A stretch of DNA of 64,000 nucleotides from an uncultured virus (IMG/VR IMGVR_UViG_3300026250_000242). Taxonomy: Duplodnaviria > Heunggongvirae > Uroviricota > Caudoviricetes. The notes beneath the pieces were generated by a model. That model was not told the origin of the DNA. It saw nothing but the letters and a program-made list of their open reading frames with translations, and did no database searches. Location: IMG/VR virus record IMGVR_UViG_3300026250_000242. One strand, given 5' to 3'. Position numbers and translations under genes: made by a program. Each line of letters opens with the position of its first letter. Within the stretch, counting starts at the first letter, position 1. This document shows positions 9,644-17,657 of the stretch, one piece after another.

Positions 9644-9832
9644 CGGACAGACAAACCCAAGACATCAGACAACCAGCCGGACGCCAAGCGGAGGCCGTTG
9701 TGGATGTCGCCGAACCGAGAGATCGGTTGATCGCGGCGATTCCATTTCGGCCTCCGCTTTCTGTTTGTCCGTCCCTCCGCCGGTTCGCGTCGACATCCAC
9801 GCGCCTCCCTCCCGTCCGGGAAGGAGCGCGAA
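9644..9832 (+). promoter_or_regulatory. Structured RNA leader (putative attenuator/translational switch) of the sigma gene
   Basis: Nested hairpin 9686-9759 with GAGA tetraloop plus U-tract; alternative pairing of 9690-9717 with 9781-9808; anti-SD hairpin 9801-9829. Confidence 0.6.
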
Positions 9833-10381
9833 ATGGATTACCAGAACACGTACTACGAGTTGGGGGAATACGCCAACGACCTGATCCGCAGCAAGGCCCG
9901 CACGCTCATCGGCAAGGCGGGGTTCACCTCGGCGGACTGCGAGGACATCGAGCAGGAACTCGCGTTGGACCTGCTGGTGCGCCTCGAAAACTATGACCCG
10001 AAGAAAAGCAAGCGAAGCACGTTCATGACGCGCGTGGTCGAGCATCGCATCGCCACGCTGCTCGAAGAACGCCATGCCGCCTGCCGGGACTGGCGGCTGT
10101 GCCGCGAGTCGCTGGACGACCCGGAGTGGCAGGAACACGAAGACGGTTCACCCCGCCTCGACAGCCAACCCGATCCCTCGGCACCGACCGGCGATGACCT
10201 GGCGCTTGGAATGGACCTGCACAAGGCGCTGGAGAGCCTGCCCGCAGACCTGCGCGAACTGTGGGACCTGCTGCTCGATTCGAACATGTACCGCGTGGCG
10301 CGCGAGACGGGGATTGCCCGCGCAACGCTCTACTACCGGCTCGACCGGCTGCGGGCCGCCCTGCGCGAAGCCGGGCTGTGA
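9833..10381 (+). CDS. Phage-encoded ECF-like sigma-70 family factor
   Basis: Region 2-like DCEDIEQEL.LDLL.RLENYDP.KSKRSTF..RVV; region 4 HTH ALESLP.DLR...VARETGIARATLY.RL. Confidence 0.85.
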   Translation: MDYQNTYYELGEYANDLIRSKARTLIGKAGFTSADCEDIEQELALDLLVRLENYDPKKSKRSTFMTRVVEHRIATLLEERHAACRDWRLCRESLDDPEWQEHEDGSPRLDSQPDPSAPTGDDLALGMDLHKALESLPADLRELWDLLLDSNMYRVARETGIARATLYYRLDRLRAALREAGL

Positions 10382-10400
10382 GGAGAAAACGTCCGGGGCG

Positions 10401-10433
10401 CCGACAGTTTGCGGATTCTTCCGGTAAGTAACC
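10401..10433 (+). promoter_or_regulatory. Phage bipartite motif copy before the recombination/replication operon
   Basis: CCGACAGTTT-GCGGATTCTT-CCGGTAAGTAACC. Confidence 0.75.
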
Positions 10434-10507
10434 ACTGAGCGGCATCGGAATGAAGCCGCCCGCCGCCGGGGCCTCGGACGGAACCAAAACAACGAAAGGA
10501 ACGAATC

Positions 10508-10843
10508 ATGACAAAGCACATCTACCGCTACCGATTCGCTCGGACGGTTCCGGCCCGCGACATCGAAGAGACTTTGATGCTGGCGCTGATGGCCGTGGAA
10601 AGCCTGCACGGGCGCGCCCGGCTCCGCATGGACGGGCGTTACCGCTTCGACAAGGAACAACATACCTGCGAGATCGACGCCTCGACCAAGGTCGGAGCCG
10701 ATCTGGCCGAGATCTTCACCGGCTACGCGACGCGCGAATACGGCGACGACGCGGTGGCCATCAAACAGGAAGTTACGCCTGGCGAGAAGAGGGGCAAGTG
10801 CTCGTGCGCCGCCGCCTCCGCGCCTGCGGGGGTGGCCTCATGA
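10508..10843 (+). CDS. Hypothetical phage protein
   Basis: SD AAAGGA; stop overlaps next start (ATGA). Confidence 0.75.
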   Translation: MTKHIYRYRFARTVPARDIEETLMLALMAVESLHGRARLRMDGRYRFDKEQHTCEIDASTKVGADLAEIFTGYATREYGDDAVAIKQEVTPGEKRGKCSCAAASAPAGVAS

Positions 10844-11853
10844 GCGCGAAGATGACCACCACCTACAGCATGTGGTCGAAGTTCCGCAACTGCCGCAAGG
10901 CGTGCGAGTGGCGATACCTGAAGGAACTGGTCCCGCTCGAACGGGACCACAACCTTCACTTCGGGGCGGCTATTCACGAGTGCCTCGAACTCTGGCATCG
11001 CCACCGCGACCTCGACCGCGTCCTAGAGCACATCGACACCCTGTACCCCGAACGGATGGGCGACGAGAAGCAGCGCGCCGACTGGCATCTGGCCACGGCG
11101 ATGATGAAGGCCTACGCGGCGCGATACCCCGAGGAAGATTTCGAGGTCGTCGCGCTGGAGAAGACCTTCGAAAGCAACATCGTCAATCCGGCCACCGGCG
11201 CGTCGTCGCGCAGTTTCACGCTGGCGGGCAAGGTCGACGGGATCGTCAAGAAAGACGGGCAGTATTTCCTGCTCGAACACAAGACGGCCTCGCTTATCGA
11301 CTCCGGTTATCTCGAACGCCTCTGGGGCGATTTCCAGATTCAACTCTACTGCTGGTACATCGAGCAGACGCTCGGTTGGCGCATCAGCGGCCTCGTCTAC
11401 AACATCCTGGCCAAGGCGAAGCTGCGCCAGAAGCAGGGCGAAACCGAGGACGAATACCAGGCCCGGTGCGCGGAACTCATCGCCAAGTCGAAGTCCGGCA
11501 AGACGACGGCAAAACGGAAAATGCCGGAGACGGACGAGGAGTTTCAGGCGCGCCTGGCGGAGTGGTACGCGCAGCCCGACGCCTTTCATCGCGAGATGCT
11601 GTTCGTCAGCCGCGATCAGTTCGACACGCTGCGCGCCGAACTGTGGGAACTGACCCGCTCGTTTCTCGACGCGCGCCGCCGCAATATGTTCTATCAGAAC
11701 ACCTCCCAGTGCTTCACCTACGGGCGTCCCTGCCCGTACTTCCAGCTCTGCCGCTCGGGCGGCAGCCCCAACGTTATCGAGAACTTCTACCGGCACGAGG
11801 CGCCTCACACGGAACTTTCCGAGGACGCCGAGGCCGAGAAACCCATTTTCTGA
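10840..11853 (+). CDS. PD-(D/E)XK exonuclease (Cas4/AddB-like, Fe-S cysteines)
   Basis: FRNCRK...LAGKVDGIV...LLEHKT...Q..Y; C-terminal C...PCPYFQLC. Confidence 0.85.
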   Translation: MSAKMTTTYSMWSKFRNCRKACEWRYLKELVPLERDHNLHFGAAIHECLELWHRHRDLDRVLEHIDTLYPERMGDEKQRADWHLATAMMKAYAARYPEEDFEVVALEKTFESNIVNPATGASSRSFTLAGKVDGIVKKDGQYFLLEHKTASLIDSGYLERLWGDFQIQLYCWYIEQTLGWRISGLVYNILAKAKLRQKQGETEDEYQARCAELIAKSKSGKTTAKRKMPETDEEFQARLAEWYAQPDAFHREMLFVSRDQFDTLRAELWELTRSFLDARRRNMFYQNTSQCFTYGRPCPYFQLCRSGGSPNVIENFYRHEAPHTELSEDAEAEKPIF

Positions 11854-11873
11854 ATCGAGAGGAGATTCATGCC

Positions 11874-12620
11874 ATGCCATTGCCGACCGCGAAGACACCG
11901 CCGAAACGCTCGCTCAGCGACGTTTCCATTCTGCTCTACGGCCCGTCGAAAATAGGGAAGTCGACCTTCGCCTCCCAGGCGCCGGACGCCATCTTCCTGG
12001 CCACGGAGCCGGGCCTCAACGCCCTCGAAGTCTATCAGCAGCCCATCCGGAACTGGGGCGAGTTTCTGGAGATCTGTGCGGAACTCGCCAAGGGCGAACA
12101 CCCATTCAAGACCGTCGTCATCGACACCATCGATATCCTTTACCGCCTCTGCGCCGACCACATTTGCCAGAAGCGCGGACTCGAGCATGAGAGCGACGGC
12201 TCGCACGGGAAGATCTACGGCCTGATCAAGAACGAGATCTACCGCGTGCTGACCAAGCTCGCTCACCTGCCCTACGGACTGATCCTGATCAGCCACAGCC
12301 AGGATCGCGACCTAGAGACTCGCACGGGGACCGTCACGCGAACCGTGCCGACGCTGTCCGAATCCTTCCGCCAGATCGTCATCGGGCTGGTGGACCTCAT
12401 TCTCTACTGCGACGTGCAGATAGAGCAGGCCGAGGACGGAACGCGGAAGCACCGGCGCGTCGTGCGCACGAAGCCCAGCCCGAACTACGACGCCGGCGAC
12501 CGCTTCGGCTGCCTGCCCGAAGTGATGGACCTCAATTTCCAGGCCTTCGCCAAGGCCTTTGAAACCCCGAAGACACCCCCTGCTCCGGCGAGCGCCGGGG
12601 CGGTCAAATCAACCAAGTAA
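11874..12620 (+). CDS. AAA_24/Sak4-like ATPase (single-strand annealing recombinase)
   Basis: LLYGPSKIGKSTFA Walker A, TVVIDTID Walker B, LISH. Confidence 0.85.
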   Translation: MPLPTAKTPPKRSLSDVSILLYGPSKIGKSTFASQAPDAIFLATEPGLNALEVYQQPIRNWGEFLEICAELAKGEHPFKTVVIDTIDILYRLCADHICQKRGLEHESDGSHGKIYGLIKNEIYRVLTKLAHLPYGLILISHSQDRDLETRTGTVTRTVPTLSESFRQIVIGLVDLILYCDVQIEQAEDGTRKHRRVVRTKPSPNYDAGDRFGCLPEVMDLNFQAFAKAFETPKTPPAPASAGAVKSTK

Positions 12621-12626
12621 GGAGAC

Positions 12627-13133
12627 ATGCAGATGGAAACCAACGGTTATCCCAACGACGCGCACGACGATTTCGATCTGGCGCAGTTCGACGACGACTT
12701 CGCCGAGGCGCCGGTCGAGGAGAAGGAATTCGAGGAACCGCCCGACGGCAAGTATCAGGTGCTGGTGGACAAGGTCGAGATGACGCGCTCCAAGGAGCGC
12801 AATCTGCCGATGCTCAAGTGGCAGCTGAAGATTCTCGGACCGCGTTGCGCGGGGCGGTACCTGTTCCGCAACAACGTGATCGCCAGCCCCGAGAACGTGA
12901 AGTGGCTCAAGAACGACTTGGCGACCTGCGGCATGGATGTCGGCGGCCTGAAACTGTCCGAGCTGCCGAACCGGCTGGGCGAACTGCTCGACGTGACGCT
13001 GGAAGTGCAGAAGAAGACCAACGGCGAATACACCAACGTCTATCTCAACCGGCGCATCCAGATCGACGTGCCTCCCGAACACGCGGCGAACCGAACCGCC
13101 GACGATGGCTCAGCCGACGTGCTGCCGTTCTGA
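12627..13133 (+). CDS. DUF669-like single-stranded DNA-binding protein
   Basis: PDGKYQV.V.KVE..., acidic C-terminal tail ending DVLPF. Confidence 0.75.
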   Translation: MQMETNGYPNDAHDDFDLAQFDDDFAEAPVEEKEFEEPPDGKYQVLVDKVEMTRSKERNLPMLKWQLKILGPRCAGRYLFRNNVIASPENVKWLKNDLATCGMDVGGLKLSELPNRLGELLDVTLEVQKKTNGEYTNVYLNRRIQIDVPPEHAANRTADDGSADVLPF

Positions 13134-13582
13134 TGGCGGACCTTCTTTCCATCGCCGCGGATACGCGGGAGCAGGCGCCGTACGCATTCGACCCCAACCG
13201 TTTCCGCGTCGAGCGTCGCGCCCTTCCCGCCGGTGACTATTCGCTGGTCGGCAGCGAAGAGCGGGTGGCGGTCGAACGCAAGTCCCTCGCGGACTTCGCC
13301 CAGACCGTCATCCGCGCCCGTCACCGGTTCCACGCGGAACTGAGGAAACTGGCCTCACACGAGTTCGCCTGCGTCGTCGTCGAGGGGTCGATGCGCGACG
13401 TGATCGAGGGAGTTTACGGCACCGGGGCGCATCCCAACGCGGTCTTCGGCGCGGCCATCTCGATCTGCGTGGACTGGGGCGTGCCGGTTTACTTCTGCGG
13501 CGACCGGCAGACGGCGAAGCAATTCGTCGAGGCATACCTCGAACGCTGCGCGCGGGCCATCAACGAACGCGACCTTGGGTGA
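13133..13582 (+). CDS. ERCC4-domain nuclease
   Basis: DTREQ...L..GDYS...VAVERKSLADF motif. Confidence 0.88.
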   Translation: MADLLSIAADTREQAPYAFDPNRFRVERRALPAGDYSLVGSEERVAVERKSLADFAQTVIRARHRFHAELRKLASHEFACVVVEGSMRDVIEGVYGTGAHPNAVFGAAISICVDWGVPVYFCGDRQTAKQFVEAYLERCARAINERDLG

Positions 13583-13608
13583 GGCGAACGCAATGAAAGA
13601 GTCGAGAC

Positions 13609-15435
13609 ATGAAGCGAATCACATTTGGAAGCATCTGTTCGGGCATCGAGGCCGCCAGCGTCGCCTGGCTGCCGCTGGGATTCGAGGCGCTGTGGCTGTC
13701 CGAGATCGAACCATACCCATGCCGCGTGCTGGCGCAGCGTTTTCCCGAGACGTCGAATCTAGGCGACATTACCGACCCGGACTTTCCGACTCGAGCCGCG
13801 CAGTGCGGCAAGCCGGACATCATCGTCGGCGGTACGCCCTGCCAGGCGTTCTCGGTGGCGGGGCTGCGTCGCGGCCTGGCCGACGAGCGCGGCAACCTCA
13901 CCCTGCGATATGTGGAGATCTGTAATGCAATCGGTCCAACTGTGTGCGTTTGGGAGAATGTTCCCGGAGTCTTGTCCTCCACGGACAACGCCTTCGGGTG
14001 TTTCCTCGGCGCTCTGGTCGGAGCCGACTGGCCGTTCGAACCCGGTCCCCGCCCCGCTGTGGGAAAAAGCACCCGCCTGTGGCGTTGGCATCGGTCTGGC
14101 CGGCGACACCTTCCGCGCTGGCCCGGCGCTGGTTTTTGCGTCGGACCCCAAAGGCGCGCGGCGTGGCGAATTCTGGACGCGCAACATTTCGGAGTGCCCC
14201 AACGGCGCCGTCGCGTCTTCGTTGTGGCATGTGCTGGAACCTCCGGGCTCGACCCCGCCGAGATACTTTTTGAGCGCGAAAGCGTGTGCGGGAATTCTGC
14301 GGAGGGCGGACAGACGGGGACGCCAATTGCCCGAGCCGTTACGGCGAGCACTGGAGGCGCAAGCGCGAAGGAACAACAACTGACCTTCGTCGGAGCCGAC
14401 GGGGCTCCGCTCAATCCACTCGGGGCCATCGCATTTCAGGCGAGGTATTTCACCCGCGACAACAAGACTGGCAATGCGGATTCGTGCGGGGACGTTGTTC
14501 CACCGCTCCGCGCGTCCGAGTCTTCGGGCGACAGTTCAAACCTCGTTGCCTTTGGGCCGGAGATTCCAAGGGAAACTGCTCATGCTTTGCCCGCAAGCCA
14601 CGATGGCAGCGAGGACGGCACGGGACGCGGCATCCCGCTGATTGCTTCGGCGGTGACTGCCAAATGGGCCAAGGGCAGCGGCGGACCTGCCGGAGACGAA
14701 TGCCAGAACCTCGTTACCTGGCCCAAGCGAATCGCGCCAGCGCTGACCGCGCACTTCTTCAACGACCAGGGGATCGACAACCAGCATGTCAATGGCGGAT
14801 GCGGGCTGTATGTGCCCGACGATCCGCCCGGCGCGCTGGCCTTCGACTGCAAGAACGATCCCAAGCCCGGTTCCATCTCGCCGCCCCTGCGGGCGATGGG
14901 CCACCACGGCAGCCACGCCAATGGCGGCGGACAGGTGGCCGTGGCCGCTCCGATTCTCGAACCCGGATCGCGCACAGGCGTGTCCACGGACAATCCGCGC
15001 TGCGGCGACGGCATCGGTTCGCTCGGCGATCCCATGTTCACGCTGCAGGCCACGCGCCCGCACGGCGTGATGGTCCACTGGGCGCAAGGGGGCGGCGAGG
15101 TCGAGGACGGGACCGCCGGGGCGCTGCGCTCGGAGGCCGAACACAACTACCAGTTCCTACGCCAGGAGATCGGCGTGCGCAGGCTCACGCCGCGCGAGTG
15201 CGAACGACTGCAGGGATTCCCGGATGATTTTACTCTGGTCGACTGGCCGAAGGCGCGCCGCCCCAAGGACATCGAGGAGATGACGGCGTACTTCATCGCC
15301 TCCGGCTGGCCGGAGACCCTCGCGCGCGAACTGGCCAAAACTCCCGACGGACATCGATACAAGGCGCTGGGCAACAGCATGGCGGTCCCCGTGATGCAGT
15401 GGATCGGCGCGCGAATCAGAAAGGCATTGTCATGA
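13609..15435 (+). CDS. DNA cytosine-C5 methyltransferase with long variable region
   Basis: SICSGIEAAS, GGTPCQAFS, WENVPGV, PQRRRRVF, RRLTPRECERLQGFPD, YKALGNS. Confidence 0.95.
   Translation: MKRITFGSICSGIEAASVAWLPLGFEALWLSEIEPYPCRVLAQRFPETSNLGDITDPDFPTRAAQCGKPDIIVGGTPCQAFSVAGLRRGLADERGNLTLRYVEICNAIGPTVCVWENVPGVLSSTDNAFGCFLGALVGADWPFEPGPRPAVGKSTRLWRWHRSGRRHLPRWPGAGFCVGPQRRAAWRILDAQHFGVPQRRRRVFVVACAGTSGLDPAEILFERESVCGNSAEGGQTGTPIARAVTASTGGASAKEQQLTFVGADGAPLNPLGAIAFQARYFTRDNKTGNADSCGDVVPPLRASESSGDSSNLVAFGPEIPRETAHALPASHDGSEDGTGRGIPLIASAVTAKWAKGSGGPAGDECQNLVTWPKRIAPALTAHFFNDQGIDNQHVNGGCGLYVPDDPPGALAFDCKNDPKPGSISPPLRAMGHHGSHANGGGQVAVAAPILEPGSRTGVSTDNPRCGDGIGSLGDPMFTLQATRPHGVMVHWAQGGGEVEDGTAGALRSEAEHNYQFLRQEIGVRRLTPRECERLQGFPDDFTLVDWPKARRPKDIEEMTAYFIASGWPETLARELAKTPDGHRYKALGNSMAVPVMQWIGARIRKALS
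13910..14383 (+). CDS. Overlapping alternative-frame ORF, putative methyltransferase partner polypeptide (start uncertain)
   Basis: SSLWHVLE...RYFLSAKACAGILRRADRRGRQLPEPL..AL lies in another frame inside the MTase gene. Confidence 0.5.
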   Translation: MWRSVMQSVQLCAFGRMFPESCPPRTTPSGVSSALWSEPTGRSNPVPAPLWEKAPACGVGIGLAGDTFRAGPALVFASDPKGARRGEFWTRNISECPNGAVASSLWHVLEPPGSTPPRYFLSAKACAGILRRADRRGRQLPEPLRRALEAQARRNNN

Positions 15436-17648
15436 ATCAACCAATCATCCTGCGAGGAAATATCGAGAAGGTGTTCTACGCCGGGCCGAAGTTCTCGGCG
15501 GGGCGGCTGCGCGGGACGGACGGCAAGTCCCATTCGTTCGCGGGGAACCTGTTCGCGACCGAAGGGCAGCACATCGCGCTGGCGGGCCGCTGGGAGACGC
15601 ATCCCGATTACGGCCGCCAGTTCAAGGTGGAGCACGTCGAGATCGAGATGCCGTCGGGCGCGGAGGGGCTGGCGCAATTCATCGCCAATCATCCGGAGGT
15701 GAAGGGGATCGGTCCCTCGCGCGCTGCAAAGATCGTTCAGGCGTGTGGCGACGATTTTGAAGGTGTCCTGCTGGAATCCCCGGAGCGGATCGCGCAGGTC
15801 GCCAAGGTCCCACTCCCCACCATCCAGAATCTGCGCAACGTCTGGATCACGTCGCGCAAATTCAACGCTGCAATGACCTGGCTTTCGGCCTTCGGGCTGA
15901 CGCATCACCAGGTGACGACGCTGATCGAGAAGCTGGGTAACAACGCGCTGGCGATCCTACGCGACGATCCCTACCGGCTCATGCGCGAGATCAAGGGGCT
16001 GGGGTTCAAGAAGGTCGATCAGATCGCCCGCAAGATGGGGACGGCCAAGGAGCATCAGCCGCGCATCCGCGCCGGGATACTGCACTGCATCCACGAGGCG
16101 TTGGGAGAGGGCGACTGCTGGGTCGAGTTGGAGGAACTGGTCGAACGGGCGAACCTGCTGCTCATCATGGATTGCCTCGACAGTCGCGAGCGGATCGAAG
16201 CCGAACTCAACGGCCTGATCCCCGAAAAGACACTGCGGTGCGTCGATATGGGCGGGCGCGTTGTGGCGGCCTTGCCTTTCATCCACGAACAGGAGTCCGC
16301 TCTCGCCAGATTCTTCGAGCAGGGCGCCGAAGAAGTCCACCGAGTCGAGACCCAGGAACTGGACGAGATCATTGAGCGGGCCTGCCCGACGCTGAATGAA
16401 AAGCAGGAATACGCCATCCGGACGGCGCTCGTCCAAAGGATCAGCCTGATCTCCGGCGGCGCGGGCGTGGGCAAGAGCTTCTGTGTGTCGGTCATCGATG
16501 CGATCTGCGAGAAACTCGGTCTCGAAGTGGCGCTCACCGCGCCGACGGGCAAGGCCGCCAAGCGGCTGGAGGAACTCTCGGGGCGCGAGGCGAAGACGAT
16601 CCATCGCCTTCTCGGCTATGATGGCAACGCATTCGCCAAGGGGCCAGATGATCCGATCGACGCCGACGTGCTGATCGTGGACGAGGTCTCTATGGTGGAC
16701 GTGACGCTGGCTTGGCATCTCTTTCAGGCCGTCGACCTGACACGCACATCGGTCGTGCTGGTGGGCGACCACAACCAACTTCCGCCGGTCGGACCGGGCA
16801 ACATTCTGCGCGACCTGATCCAGACCCGCGCCGTGCCCACAACCATCTTGGACGAGTGTGTGCGCCAAGCAGGCGTGCTGAAGGAGAACTCGACAGCCAT
16901 TCTCACGGGGCAGGTCAACAAGACCAGCGACAAACATCCCGATGGCCGCTGCGACTGGTATCTCGTCGATCAATTCACCGATCCGATGGGCGTGAGCCGT
17001 TGCTTGCGCGAGATGTTCTCGAACGTGCTGGAGGAGAAACTGGGCTTCGATCTGCTGCGCGACGTGCAGGTCCTGACGCCGACCCACAAAGGATCGCTTG
17101 GAACGCAGGCGCTCAACGAGGAACTCCAGCGGCTCGTGCAACGCAAACGCTTCGGCGTCGAGGTTCCGCCGCGCCCGGCCAATCGGCGTCCGCCGCTGCT
17201 CAAGGGCGACAAGGTCATCCAGACGCGCAACAACTACGACCTCGGCGTGATGAATGGCTCGATTGGCTTCATGAAGGACATCTACGCCAACGGGACGCTC
17301 GTCATCGAGTTCGACGACCGCACGGTCGAGATCGAGAAAGGCTCGGAGAACCTGCGGGACATCCAGTTGGCCTACGTGCTCACATTTCACAAATGCCAAG
17401 GAAGCGAATTTCCGTGCGCGGTGGTAATCGTCCACAAGGCGCACTCGTTCATGCATCACCGCAACCTGTTCTACACGGGCGTCACGCGAGCGCGGACAAC
17501 GGCCATTGTGCTGGGCGACCGCTGGGGCGTGCGCAACTGTGCCCAGAAGGTTCAGGTGGACAATCGCAAGACGTTCCTCTCGCAACTGCTGCGGACCGCG
17601 CCGGCGTCGGCCACATGCGGAGACTTCGCATTCGCGGCGGAAGGATAA
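15432..17648 (+). CDS. RecD2-like SF1 helicase
   Basis: HhH KGIGP, ISGGAGVGKS, APTGKAAKRL, IVDEVSMVD, VGDHNQLPPVGPG, HKCQGSEF, YTGVTRA. Confidence 0.93.
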   Translation: MNQPIILRGNIEKVFYAGPKFSAGRLRGTDGKSHSFAGNLFATEGQHIALAGRWETHPDYGRQFKVEHVEIEMPSGAEGLAQFIANHPEVKGIGPSRAAKIVQACGDDFEGVLLESPERIAQVAKVPLPTIQNLRNVWITSRKFNAAMTWLSAFGLTHHQVTTLIEKLGNNALAILRDDPYRLMREIKGLGFKKVDQIARKMGTAKEHQPRIRAGILHCIHEALGEGDCWVELEELVERANLLLIMDCLDSRERIEAELNGLIPEKTLRCVDMGGRVVAALPFIHEQESALARFFEQGAEEVHRVETQELDEIIERACPTLNEKQEYAIRTALVQRISLISGGAGVGKSFCVSVIDAICEKLGLEVALTAPTGKAAKRLEELSGREAKTIHRLLGYDGNAFAKGPDDPIDADVLIVDEVSMVDVTLAWHLFQAVDLTRTSVVLVGDHNQLPPVGPGNILRDLIQTRAVPTTILDECVRQAGVLKENSTAILTGQVNKTSDKHPDGRCDWYLVDQFTDPMGVSRCLREMFSNVLEEKLGFDLLRDVQVLTPTHKGSLGTQALNEELQRLVQRKRFGVEVPPRPANRRPPLLKGDKVIQTRNNYDLGVMNGSIGFMKDIYANGTLVIEFDDRTVEIEKGSENLRDIQLAYVLTFHKCQGSEFPCAVVIVHKAHSFMHHRNLFYTGVTRARTTAIVLGDRWGVRNCAQKVQVDNRKTFLSQLLRTAPASATCGDFAFAAEG

Positions 17649-17657
17649 GGCGGCGCG

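Noticed and set aside
10840..11853. Cas4-like nuclease as evidence of a CRISPR-Cas system
   Set aside because: No cas1/cas2 or array; context (Sak4-like ATPase, SSB, ERCC4) is a phage recombination module
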